64,000 bases of DNA from Euprymna scolopes (lineage: Eukaryota). The stretch lies in NCBI GenBank assembly GCA_053919585.1, contig CM132822.1; one strand, given 5' to 3'. The number at the start of each line of letters is the position of its first letter. Within the stretch, counting starts at the first letter, position 1. Position numbers and translations under genes: made by a program. Shown one piece after another: positions 51,648-63,216 of the stretch. Below the pieces are notes generated by a model. That model saw only the letters and a program-made list of their open reading frames with translations. It was not told the origin of the DNA and did no database searches.

Positions 51648-53106
51648 GGTTTATATTTTCTTTTGGTTTTGGACTGTTGGTGTTTATGTCTACGTCCATA
51701 GTTTCGATGTTAGTTTGGGTGTTTCTTTTGGAAGTGGATGGTCTGTTTCTTGTTTCTGGTGAGAGGCTTTTTTTGGGTTTTGGTCTGGGACTTTTAGATT
51801 TACTTTGTCTTGACTGTCTTTTTTGGCTACCAGTTTCAACTAGTTCAAATTTATTTTCATTTTCAATTAATACTAATTCTGTTTTTTGTTTGTCATTTTG
51901 TTTTTGGGGGGTAGTTTTTTTGTTGTTCTGTTCTATTTCCATTTTTTCTGTTGTGTGTTTATTTTTAACATCTGTTTTTGTCCTTGTTAGTGACTTGGAT
52001 CTTTCACGTTTTGATAATTGAGGAGGTTTCATTTCTTTAGAGATTGATTCCTCAATATTGATGGAAGTTTTTCTGATTTCCTTTGTTTCGTTTTCTTTTA
52101 TACTGGGTTGTTCGTTTCTGACTTTTATTTGGCTGTTAGAATTTATTTTCAGTTCTGATAAAAAAGATTTTAATTCTTCAAGTATGTTCTTTAGTTCTTT
52201 TGCTAGGTTTGCAATTTCTGGAGCAAGGTTTAGTTCATTGTAGTTGTACATTTTGTTTGCTTGTTGGGTTATTGTGGCATATGAGTTTTTGGTGCGATTT
52301 GTGACTTCTTTGCGGGCTTCTTGGAAGGTTATATTTTTTTGATATTTGATTGTTATTATTTCCTTCTCTTGCTTATATATTTTGCACTGTTTTGAGTGAG
52401 AGTGGTGCTCTTCTTGACAGTTTGTGCATTTGGTTTTATTTGGACAGTCTTCTTCATCGTGGTCTGGGTTTTTTTCACTGCAGTTTCCACATGTGAAGAA
52501 TCTTAGACATTGGTCTTTATTATGTCCAAACTTTTGGCAGTTGTAGCATTGTAAAGGTTTTGGAATGTATTGTTCTATTTTCGTTCTTTCATAACCTATA
52601 TTGATGGTCTCTGGTATTTGAGGATAATTGAATGTTAATATATAAGTGTTTGTATATATTACCTCTCCTTTTTTTTTAAATGTGATTCTTTTTACATCTG
52701 TGACCCCTTGGTTTTTTAGTTCTGTTTTGATTTCTTCTGTTGTGCAGACGGAGATTTCCTGGTTTTTTATGACTCCTTTGGAGTAGTTTAGTGTTTGGTG
52801 TGGATAAGCTTTGATGTTTGTTTCATGCAATTTTTGTAGTTGAAGTAGAGTTTTGGCCTGTTTTTTATTTTGTACTTCTACCAATATGGTACCATTCCTT
52901 AATTTTTTGACATTTTTAGGTGTTATTTTGCTTGATATTACCTTTTGGATAATGAAGGGTGACATTTTAGTTAACGGTATATTAGACGTTGCTTCTAGCA
53001 CGATGAATCTTGGAAAGTTTGTATCTTCATTGTCGCTGTCAGAGTCTATTTCTGTGTGTGGTCTCTTGGATTTTTTGGCATTCATAATAATTTTTGAAAA
53101 ATTCAT
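51640..53106 (-). CDS. LINE ORF1, gag-like nucleic-acid-binding protein with three Cys/His knuckles (488 aa)
   Basis: Motifs SPFIIQKVI..VKKLRNGTILVEV, PHQTLNYSKGVI, then CYNCQKFGHNKDQC, CGNCSEKNPDHDEEDC and CTNCQEEHHSHSKQC, followed by a basic low-complexity tail. The start codon may be the second Met. Confidence 0.92.
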   Translation of the reverse strand: MNFSKIIMNAKKSKRPHTEIDSDSDNEDTNFPRFIVLEATSNIPLTKMSPFIIQKVISSKITPKNVKKLRNGTILVEVQNKKQAKTLLQLQKLHETNIKAYPHQTLNYSKGVIKNQEISVCTTEEIKTELKNQGVTDVKRITFKKKGEVIYTNTYILTFNYPQIPETINIGYERTKIEQYIPKPLQCYNCQKFGHNKDQCLRFFTCGNCSEKNPDHDEEDCPNKTKCTNCQEEHHSHSKQCKIYKQEKEIITIKYQKNITFQEARKEVTNRTKNSYATITQQANKMYNYNELNLAPEIANLAKELKNILEELKSFLSELKINSNSQIKVRNEQPSIKENETKEIRKTSINIEESISKEMKPPQLSKRERSKSLTRTKTDVKNKHTTEKMEIEQNNKKTTPQKQNDKQKTELVLIENENKFELVETGSQKRQSRQSKSKSPRPKPKKSLSPETRNRPSTSKRNTQTNIETMDVDINTNSPKPKENINHD

Positions 53107-53644
53107 CAGCCATGCTCCCCACCCTCCTCGGAGCCCCTTATGGGGAAGAACTATGAGGGGGTAAATCCCATTCGCCTCGGTTCTCCAGGGCTACATAGCT
53201 GGTATACTCAAACATGGGGAGGTTTCCAAGCATTCACAATATATGGTTATGCCCACCCAAGTATGGGATTTCCCTGTATTTTTATTATTCCTGATGGTTA
53301 CCTTTTTCCCAGCTTGATTGACCCTTCAGCCATCGCTTATTAACTCAGTTTATTGTTTATGTTGAGTGTTAGTGTGTTTTTGTTTGGATTGTCTGAATTA
53401 GTGCTTGTCATGACCAACCGATTGATTGGATCGGGCCTATCCAACCTCCCGTCTAGCCTAGTAAGGGCCAAAGTGGTGTGTTGTAGTATCATGTTATTAT
53501 TTCCTAGGCATGTTCCACTCAACCACCAGGATCCCGTTCTTAATGCATTACGGGTTGCCACCAACGGTCAACTGGTGGTCCCATTGAAGGATTTTTACCC
53601 TCTGCAGGGGGGCAGTTGGTATGTTCTATCGCCCTACCAACTAG

Positions 53645-53698
<54 letters not shown>

Positions 53699-54481
53699 GT
53701 GAGGAGGTGAAGGAAAAAGAAAACGAGGGAGGGGAAGGGGAGGAGAATGTTGTTTTTGTTTTTGTTTTCGCAGAACATGACTAAGTTTTGCAAAAGGGAA
53801 TAAAAAAACAAAGACATCTATGTAGGTGCGTTTCATCTCAGGAAGTCAGTAGACAGCCTGATCTGGTAGCACCAGAGAAATTGGTTGTGAAGCTGAATGG
53901 TGGCCTAGAAACAAGTATGGGATGTCGGGGTCCCAAAAGTGCCATCAGTCTTGAATGATCTATTAAATCCGAAAACGTCATAGGAAGAATCACTAAATGA
54001 ATGCAGAGTTCCAGGAAAACACGTTTTGGATAAGTAGTTGTCAATACCATGCGTGTGAATACCCAAAGATCTGACTTCAACATGTTTACTCATACAAAGA
54101 AATGACGGCAAAGAATACAAGTAACAGACTTTACACTAGTTTTATAGTAGACAACCACTTTCAATAAATTCCTGCGGAAATTCTGAAAGTTGAAAAGGTA
54201 TAACTGTCTTGGTAAGCAACTGATTAAATATATCAGGATAGATGCGGAATATATTCCTACAGCGTTTCCTTAAGGAAAGCTGGCTAAATGCAACGGAAAC
54301 GTTTTTAATAAGAAACTGGTTCTCGTTACTATTAAATCCCAGATTGAGTTGGACCAATTAAAGCTATTTAGTAGATATTTTACGCTCCTGCTGAAATTCT
54401 GGAAGTTTAAACTGTCATTGTAAGACTATATATATCAGGATACATGGAGAATACATTCCTAGAGTTTCCCGAGAGAAAGCT

Positions 54482-55255
54482 TGCTCAACAGGAAACATCG
54501 TGAGTAAAACAAGCTAACAATGGCTCTTCACACTAGCATTTCTACGTGCTGTACCCACACGAACATTCTTTGTCATGCTAAAGAGCACACAACTCACTCA
54601 CACCAACACATTAACATACTGAAGACAGCTCTTTCTACCTATAAACACGTAAACGGAACTGAACTCTTCAACCAGCCGGCATAATATTAATTCTATTTTT
54701 CCACAAGAACACTTCAACCTAATAACCTTTCTACTAACGAAGATAACAAAGTTGTTTATTAATATAGAATGAAACTATTGCGTTGTTCCTTATTCTCTAA
54801 GCTGCCTTGTGAGGATACTAGCATCAGTAACAATTAAAAAAAAATTAGGAAGTGTCTGCGAATTGGCGCAACAAGAGAAAGTAAAAAGGGCACGTGGTCA
54901 GCAGAGGAAAAGTTACTTTGAAAAAGATGTGCAAGGTCGAAGACAAGAAATGTCTATGGCCAGTGTAGTGGAGCAGAGAGAAAAACGATCGTCAGGAGAG
55001 ACTGGCATGTGACCTCATAGTGGCAGAGAGAGACTAAGCTGGTGTCAAAACAAAAATACTGTAAAAACAAAAAAAAAAATTAAAAAAAAAAAAAATCAAA
55101 AATGAGATGGACCTGAATTAGACTACACGTTATTTTTCATTATTAATATACAGTGTAAATGCACTTGAAAACCGTCAGAAGTTACATTGACCAAAATGCT
55201 GTGAAAATATAATCAATTCTCATCTCCAATAGATATTAGTTTTCTTTAAACTTTT
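54482..55255 (+). mobile_element. Possible Penelope-like 3' relic (GIY-YIG tail plus terminal repeat); paralogous pieces at about 43765-44395 and 47060-47180
   Basis: ILCHAKEH..H..INILKT..Y..ELFNQ..NIN resembles a PLE GIY-YIG C-terminus. A decayed hammerhead-like cttaaaaa..cggccgaaatgctgtg lies at about 44303-44345. Confidence 0.4.
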
Positions 55256-56699
55256 GAACCTCTTCGATAGCCACTAACGTAAGACCTACACAACCAGAAT
55301 TGGAGATAAAACGGAAGACTAGGGAAACTATCGGAGATGGGGGTGGGGGTAGGTGGTTGTCGAATGAGGAGAAGTAGACTGTCTCACATGAATATCTTCA
55401 AAGCTTTTAGCCAAAAAAGCTGACAAACCGATATATTGATTTCAAGCAGCTTAAGATGTTGAAGTGTTGGAAAATCTATACAGAAGTTATTGTGAGAGTT
55501 CCTAATAGGAACCGAAACGGCCGAGAATAAGTTTTGCAAATTTCAAAGCCACCATAAGGATAGAATTGACTATTAATCGACGCTTGCCAATTCATTAAGT
55601 CATTCCGAAATGTTAAGAACTCTGCGGCCATTTACTTTCTGAAGTATAAAAACAAGGTAAAAATAAATTTCTTACTATACATATTGATATCTGTCGCCTA
55701 AACTAAAACGCAAAAGCAATCACGAATTTCACGTTTGAATCTTAAAACTTTGTATCTTTATCATATACTCATCCACAAAAACAATCATAGAAACCCAATA
55801 ATAAACGTAACCGCATGGATGGATACATGTATCAATGTTGTAAAAAACCACAACCAGCATTTTTACATTTGTAAAAATTCCTGTCTTTTACTCTTCAATT
55901 CCATTAAACACTAAAATTAAAAAGCAAATCTTGAATGAAGCAGAACCCACCATGAATTAGGAACTTTACGCTGATTTTTTTTCACATGCGTCATATCTAT
56001 TTACAATCATAGAAACCAAGTGATTAAAGCGAAAACATCAATTACAACAATTAATCTAAGTTTTGCAATTACTAATCACGTTCAAAATAGTTAATGATTC
56101 CTAAAAATCTGAAGTCGTCATAGAAAGAATTACTTAATGAATGCAGAGTTCCAGGAAAAAGAAACTCCTTCCAAGATCTTACTTCCTCTCATGTTTAGGC
56201 ATACAAGGAAATGTCTGCATAGAATAGGAGTAAAAGACTTTATACTAAATTTCTATTAGACAAGCACTTTCAATGAGCACCCACTGAAATTCTGAAAAAA
56301 TAAAGGATAAACTGTCATAGTAAGCGACAGATTCAATCGGTCGAGAGATACAGAGTGCATTCCTACAGCATTTCCTGAAGGAACACATGCCAAACGTTTC
56401 TTTTGCGTTTGGCCAAAGAAACTGGTTCTCGTCACTATTAAATCCCAGATGGAGATTGACCAATTAAATCTGTTCAGTAGATATTTATGTTTAGTGTCCA
56501 TGATGCAGGAATGAATAAATAAAAAAAACATGTCAGATGGATCAATTTAAAGAGCTGCTTAGCAGATATTTGCAAGAAATTGTGACACCTGTAAATTTGG
56601 ATGAAATCCAATCACTATCAAAGGACGTGATTAAACCACATGCAGACATATGGCAAAGATCTCAAAAACGTGAAAGAGTTGAAGAAATTGGATGGGAAG

Positions 56700-59090
56700 C
56701 TGAATGGTTGCCTAGGAACAAGTACGGGATGTCGGGGTCCCAAAAGTGCCATCAGTCTTGAATGATCTCTTAAATCCGAAATCGTCATAGGAAGAATAAC
56801 TAAATGAATGTAGAGTTCCAGGATGACGTTTTGGATAAATGGTTGCCAATATCATGCGGATGAATACCAAAAGATCAGACTTCAACATGTTTAGTCATAC
56901 AAAGAAATGACGGCAAAGAATACAAGTAAAAGACTTTACACTACTTTCCTAGTAGACAACCACTTTCAATAAATTCCTGCGGAAATTCTGAAAGTTGAAA
57001 AAGTCACTGTCTTGGTAAGTGATCGATTCAATAAATATAAGTATAGATGCGGAATATATTCCTACAGCGTTTCCTTAAGGAAAGCTGGCTAAATGCAATG
57101 GAAACTTTTTGCATAAGAAACTGGTTCTCGTTACTATTAAATCCCAGATGGAGATGCACCAATTAAAGCTGTTTAGTAGATTTTAAGCTCCTGCTTCAAT
57201 TCAGGAAGTTTAAACTCATGGTAAGACGCCGATTCGATATATATCAGGATAGATGGAGAATACATTCCTAGATTTTCCTGAGAGAATGCTTGCTAAATGT
57301 ATAAGAAACTGGTTCCCGTCATTATTGAATTCCAAATGGAGATGGACCAATGAAAAAAGCTCTTTTGCATATATTTGCAAGAAACTGGGCATCTGTAAAA
57401 CGGAATAAAATGAAATAAAAGGTTTGATTAAATCCTAATCTGACATTCAGCAAAAATCTCAAATACGTCAGAGACCTCAAATTGGTTGTCTGCAAGCTGA
57501 ATGGTGGCTTAGGAACAAATATGGATGTCGGGGTCCCAAAAGTGCAATCCGTCTTTAAACATCTCATTTCTTGATCTTACCGTCCAATAAATTGAGTATT
57601 TGAAGAGTCCAGATTGACCATTCAGCTTTAGTATGGCCAAGATTGCATAAATACCCAAAGTGATACGAGTATAACACCGATAATTGAGATTTTAAAAATA
57701 TTTTAGTATCCACATTATAAGTGGATTGTCTTAATATGGATCATTAAAATGTACAATGAATCAAAGAAATTGTCAATGTGAATTGATTGCAGATTTATAT
57801 TGTACTAAATTCGAGAATAATTTTATACCATGAAAATGACTAATCACTTTCAAACTGATGGATAATTCATCCTAGATCCGAAATTTTCATCGTAGAATTA
57901 CTAAAATGTAGAGTTATAGGAAATACAGGTTTTGGATTAATGGTTGTCATTACCATGCAGGCGAAAAACTCAAAGGTCTGACTTCAGCAACATGTTTAGA
58001 CATGCAAGGAACTGTGTGCATAGACTAAAAGTAAAAAAAACTACACTAGTAGACAAACACTTTCAATAAATTGCAAAAATTCTCAAAGAATAAAAGTTAA
58101 ACTGTCATGGTAAGCGACTGATTCAATTCATATTAGGATAGATGCAGAATACATTCCTACATTGTTTCTTGACGTAAAGCTGGCTAAATGCAAAGGAAAC
58201 GTTTTGAATATAAAATTGGCTCTCGTCACTAAGTTTCAGATGGAGATGGACCAATTAAAGCTGTTTAGCAGATATTTCATAAGCTCCTGCTGATATTCCG
58301 AAAGTTTAAACTCAAGGTAAGCCACAGATTCAATTATATCAGGATAGATGGAGAATACTTTCCTACAGTATTACCTGAGGGAAAGCTGGCTAAATGCAAG
58401 AGAAACGAAAACCTTATTAAAATGTACCCCTGTAGTTCCTGCTGTCGATTCTAGGGAATTGCAGAAGTTGATTAAGAGAGCAGGACCTGAAAACCAGAAA
58501 AAATGTCAGATGGAGATTGACCAATTTTAAGACTTGTTTAGCAGATATTAGCAAGAAACCAGGCCATCTGTAAATTGGGATAAAAGTAAACCTATTCCAG
58601 GAGATGCGATTTAATCACATACAGACATTCAGCATGGTGCTTTAAACGTGATAACCACAACCAATGTATTGCGGCCTAAGCCAAATAGTGGCCTAGTAAC
58701 AAGTATGGGTTGTTGGAGTTCCCAAAATGCCAGAATGATCTCACGTTTCTTGATCTTACTGTCCAACGAATCGAGTATCTGAAGGATTCAGTTTGACCAT
58801 TGGATGAGCTTTAGTATGGCCAGGATTGTTGCATAAATATCTAAAGTGATGCAAGTATGAAAACAAATGAATAGAAACAGTTTTGAGAGGTACACTTCTG
58901 ACCACCGATGCTTATTACACTAAAACCCGACAAGCGCCAGATATGTCAATATTTTCATAGCAATCGACTATTATGACATTGAAAATTAAATCTTGAAACT
59001 CCCCCTGTTTTGCATTCAGAGTGCTTTTGTCCTATTATGCTGTATGCATCGTGTTTTAGAGCAAAGATCGGCTGTGATGTGAATTCCCAA
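56700..59090 (+). repeat. Higher-order unit duplicated at about 60855-63200 (offset ~4.1 kb); partial paralogs at 42740-43750, 44880-46180 and 53880-54470
   Basis: Same module order and near-identical ORFs (58348 and 62451; 53838 and 60825). Confidence 0.85.
58453..58830 (+). pseudogene. UGP2: UGP pseudogene fragment, duplicated at about 62555-62940
   Basis: ORF 58348-58530 ends RELQKLIKRAGPENQKKCQMEIDQF. Downstream lie GLVTSMGC and [16 protein letters not shown]. A near-identical ORF is at 62451-62633. Confidence 0.8.
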
Positions 59091-62000
59091 TTGGAAGCCA
59101 AGTAATTAAAGCGAAAACAATTACAATTAATCTAAGTTTTACACCATGAAAATTACTAATCACGTTCAAAGTAGTTAATGATTCCTAAAAATCTGAATCT
59201 TCATAGAAAGAATCGCTTAATGAATGCAGAATTCCAGGAACAGGAAACTCCAAGATCTGACTTCAACATGAGTAAAAGACTTGACTAAATTTCTATTAGA
59301 CAAACACTTTCAATAAGCATCGCTGAAATTCTGAACAAATGGTCAAACTGTAATAGTAAGCGACCGATTCAATATCACGAGATTCAGAGTGCATAACTAC
59401 AGCATTTCCTGAAGGAAAGCTGGCCAAACCCAAAAGAAACGTTTTGAATAAGAAACTGGTTCTCGTCACTATTAAATCCCAGATAGAGATGGACCAATTA
59501 ACGCTGTTCAGCAGATATTTTAATGAGTTTCTGCTGAAATTCTGAAAGAAACTGTCATGGTAAGCAACAGATTCAATATATATCAGGATAGATACGTATA
59601 CATTCCTACAGCGTTTCCTGGCAGAAAGATGCCTAAATGCAAAAGAAACGTTTGGAATGAGAAATTGGTTCTAGTCAGTATTGAATTGCGGATGAAGATT
59701 AACCAATTAAAAGCTGTTTAGCAGATATTTGCAAGAAACCGGGCCATCTGTAAAATGGAATAAAATCAAAACAACTGCCAGATGCGATTAAAACTTATCC
59801 AGACATTCAGCAAGAGATTTCAAAAACGTCAAAGAACTCAAATTGGTTGCAGTAAAGTTGAATTGTGGCCTACGAAGGAGTACAGGTTTTGGAAACGTTT
59901 TGAAACAGAAACCGATTCTCGCCAATATTATGCTGGTGAAGAACTCCTTCAAAAGATCTGAAATCCTCAACATGTGCAGACATACAAGGAAACGTTTGCA
60001 TCAAAAAGAATTTTTCACTCGTTCTTAGAATAGCACTTCATTAAACAACCATTTTAAATAAGTTACACCCGATTTTCTAAAGGGGTAAAGGTTTAATAAT
60101 ATCCTGACTATGAGCATGTATGTGAAATGTATCACTAATTTATTAAAATTTTCTATAATATGAAATATATGAATTAATATTTATTCGTAAATTTTACACC
60201 TGGGCAGCGTTGGGTGGCATGCTAGTAAATTATAACCAAATACGTAGTCGTGATTATCAAATAAACCTTACGCAACAAGATAAGCATGACAAACAGATAT
60301 GGTTTTCTGCATATAACTTCAATTTAAATGATTAAAAATATTAATCTACGAAGAATTCCTAAGCGCATACCTAAAGGGCTTCTTACAATACATATATTAA
60401 TGTCTTGATTTGTCTCAAAAAAAAAAAAAAAAAAAACAACAACTTCAATAATGCAGAACCAATGAAATTTTACGTTTGAATCAAATCTACCAGAGCTATC
60501 CAGCTATAATCAATCTCTTCAAATACGTACCTGCCTCCATGGACATCGAAAACCTAGTCACTAGCTTTATTATTTTTACGGTCTTTTTTAGTCTACAAAA
60601 CTATGCAATACTTCTAGTCAGAAACCAACTCCTCGAAAAAATTGTTAAAATGCACCACTCAAGTTTGCTGTGTCCACGATACAGGAAATTGCAAAAGTTG
60701 GTTGATTAAATAAAAAAAATGTCAGATGAAGATGGACCAATTTAAAGAGCTGTTTAGCAGATATTTGCTAGAAACTGGGCCACCTGTAAATTTGGATAAA
60801 TCAAACCAATACCAAAGGATGTGATTAAACCACATGAAGACTTAAATTGGTTGTGAAGCTGAATGGTGACCTAGGAACAAGTATGGGATGTCGGGGTCCC
60901 AAAAGTGCCATCAGTCTTGAATGATCTATTAAATCCGAAAACGTCATAGGAAGAATCACTAAATGAATGCAGAGTTCCAGGAAAACACGTTTTGGATAAG
61001 TAGTTGTCAATACCATGCGTGTTAATACCCAAAGATCTGACTTCAACATGTTTAGTCATACAAAGAAATGACTGCATAGAATACAAGTAACAGACTTTAC
61101 ACTTTCTAGTAGACAACCACTTTCAATAAGTTCCCAAGTTGAAAAGGTCAAACTGTCTTGGTAAGCAACTGATTCAATATATATCAGGATAGATGCGGAA
61201 TATATTCCTACAGCGTTTCCTTAAGGAAAGCTGGCTAAATGCAACGAAAACGTTTTTAATAAGAAACTGGTTCTCGTTACTATTAAATCCCAGATGGAGA
61301 TGCACCAATTAAAGCTGTTTAGTAGATATTTTAAGCTCCTGCTTCAATTCAGGAAGTTTAAACTCCTGGTAAGACGCAGATTCGATATATATCAGGATAG
61401 ATGGAGAATACATTCCTAGATTTTCCTGAGAGAATGCTTGCTAAATGTATAAGAAACTGGTTCCCGTCATTATTGAATTCCAGATGGAGATGGACTAATT
61501 AAAAATGCTCTTGCAGATATTTGCAAGAAACTGGGCCATCTGTAAAACGGAATAAAATCATAAAAAGGTGTGATTAAATCCTAATGTGACATTTAGCAAA
61601 AATCTCAAATACGTCAGAGACCTCAAATTGGGTGTCTGCAAGCTGAATGGTGGCTTAGGAATAAATGTGGATGTCGGGGTCCCAAAAAGTGCCATCCGCC
61701 TTGAAATATCTCATTTCTTGATCTCACCGTCCAATAAATTGAGTATTTGAAGAGTCCAGATTGACCATTCAGCTTTAGTATGGCCAAGATTGCATAAATA
61801 CTCAAAGTGATACGAGTATAACACCGATAATTGAGATTTAAAAAATATTTTAGTATCCACATTACAAGTGGATTGTCTTAATATGGATCATTAAAATGTA
61901 CAATGAATCAAAGAAATTGTCAATGTGAATTGATTGCAGATTTATATTGTACTAAATTCGAGAATAATTTTATACCATGAAAATTACTAATCACTTTCGA

Positions 62001-63216
62001 ACTGATTGATAATTGATCCAAAAATCCGAAATTTTCATCGTAGAATTACTAAAATGTAGAGTTCCAGGAAAAGACAGGTTTTGGATTAATGGTTGTCATT
62101 ACCATGCAGGCGAAAAACTAAAAGATCTGACTTCAGCAACATGTTTAGACATTCACGGAACTGTGTGCATAGACACAAAGTAAAAATAAAAACTATACAA
62201 ATAGACAAACACTCAATAAATTGCAAAAATTCAATTCATATCAGGATGCAGAATACATTCCTACATTGTTGACGTAAAGCTGGCTAAATGCAATGGACAC
62301 GTTTTGAATATAAAATTGGCTCTCGTCACTATTAAGTTTCAGATGGAGATGGACCAATTAAAGCTGTTTAGCAGATATTTCATAAGCTCCTGCTGATATT
62401 CCGAAAGTTTAAACTCAATGTAAGCCACAGATTCAATTATATCAGGATAGATGGAGAATACTTTCCTACAGTATTACCTGAGGGAAAGCTGGCTAAATGC
62501 AAGAGAAACGAAAACCTTATTAAAATGTACCCCTGTAGTTCCCGCTGTCGATTCTAGGGAATTGCAGAAGTTGATTAAGAGAGCAGGACCTGAAAACCAG
62601 AAAAAATGTCAGATGGAGAGTGACCCATTTTAAGACTTGTTTAGCAGATATTTGCAAGAAACCAGGCCATCTGTAAATTGGGATAAAAGTAAACCTATTC
62701 CAGGAGATGCAGTTTAATCACATACAGACATTCAGCATGGTGCTTAAAAACGTGATAGACCGCAATAAATTGGTTGCGGTCTAAGCCAAATAGTGGCCTA
62801 GTAACAAGTATGGGTTGTTGGAGTTCCCAAAATGCCAGAATGATCTCACGTTTCTTGATCTTACTGTCCAACGAATCGAGTATCTGAAGGATTCAGTTTG
62901 ACCATTGGATGAGCTTTAGTATGGCCAGGATTGTTGCATAAATATGCAAAGTGATGCAAGTATGAAAACAAATCAAGGATAGAAACAGTTTTGAGAGGCA
63001 TACCTCTGACCACCGATGCTTATTACACTAAACAAAACCGACAAGCGCCAGATACGTCAATATTTTCATAGCAATCGACTATTATGACATTGAAAATTAA
63101 ATCTTGAAACTCCTCCATATTTTGCATTCAGAGTGCTTTTGTCCTATTATGCTGTTTGTATCGGGTTTTAGAGCAAAGATCGGGTGTGATGTGAATTCCC
63201 AAACCAGTTTCCATTC

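Larger units (their letters stand above)
47838..53875 (-). mobile_element. Full-length I-group (Nimb/I-like) non-LTR retrotransposon, apparently intact
   Basis: It has two open ORFs, an (AAAC)n 3' tail at about 47838-47853, and a perfect 14-bp TSD agaaattggttgtg at 47824-47837 and 53876-53889. It splits a UGP copy at ...EEIG/KLVV-KLNGG. Confidence 0.93.
1675..62940 (+). repeat. Array of degenerate UDP-glucose pyrophosphorylase (UGP) 5' coding fragments, about 30 longer copies plus 10+ stubs, all on +
   Basis: The core gatggaccaattt?aaagagctgtttagcagatatttgcaagaaac recurs near 1725, 3190, 5510, 10120, 14455, 16155, 17095, 19720, 21005, 23250, 26230, 27180, 28430, 28960, 30230, 32015, 33060, 34115, 36820, 40840, 42590, 43390, 45070, 45740, 47675, 56535, 57340, 58505, 59690, 60725, 61485 and 62610. 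The by-eye consensus translates as [107 protein letters not shown], which carries the eukaryotic UGPase N-terminal [11 protein letters not shown] nucleotide-binding loop. Confidence 0.92.

Noticed and set aside
48097-53164. Short ORFs overlapping the LINE on either strand
   Set aside because: They are shadow frames of the A-rich ORF1/ORF2.
53140-53836. ORFs in the LINE 5'UTR, including poly-K and poly-F frames
   Set aside because: They are produced by a homopolymer tract and have no domain signal.
53825-53875. Hammerhead ribozyme or tRNA head at the LINE 5' end
   Set aside because: CUGAGAUGAAA lacks stem II, and no Pol III A/B boxes or cloverleaf are evident.
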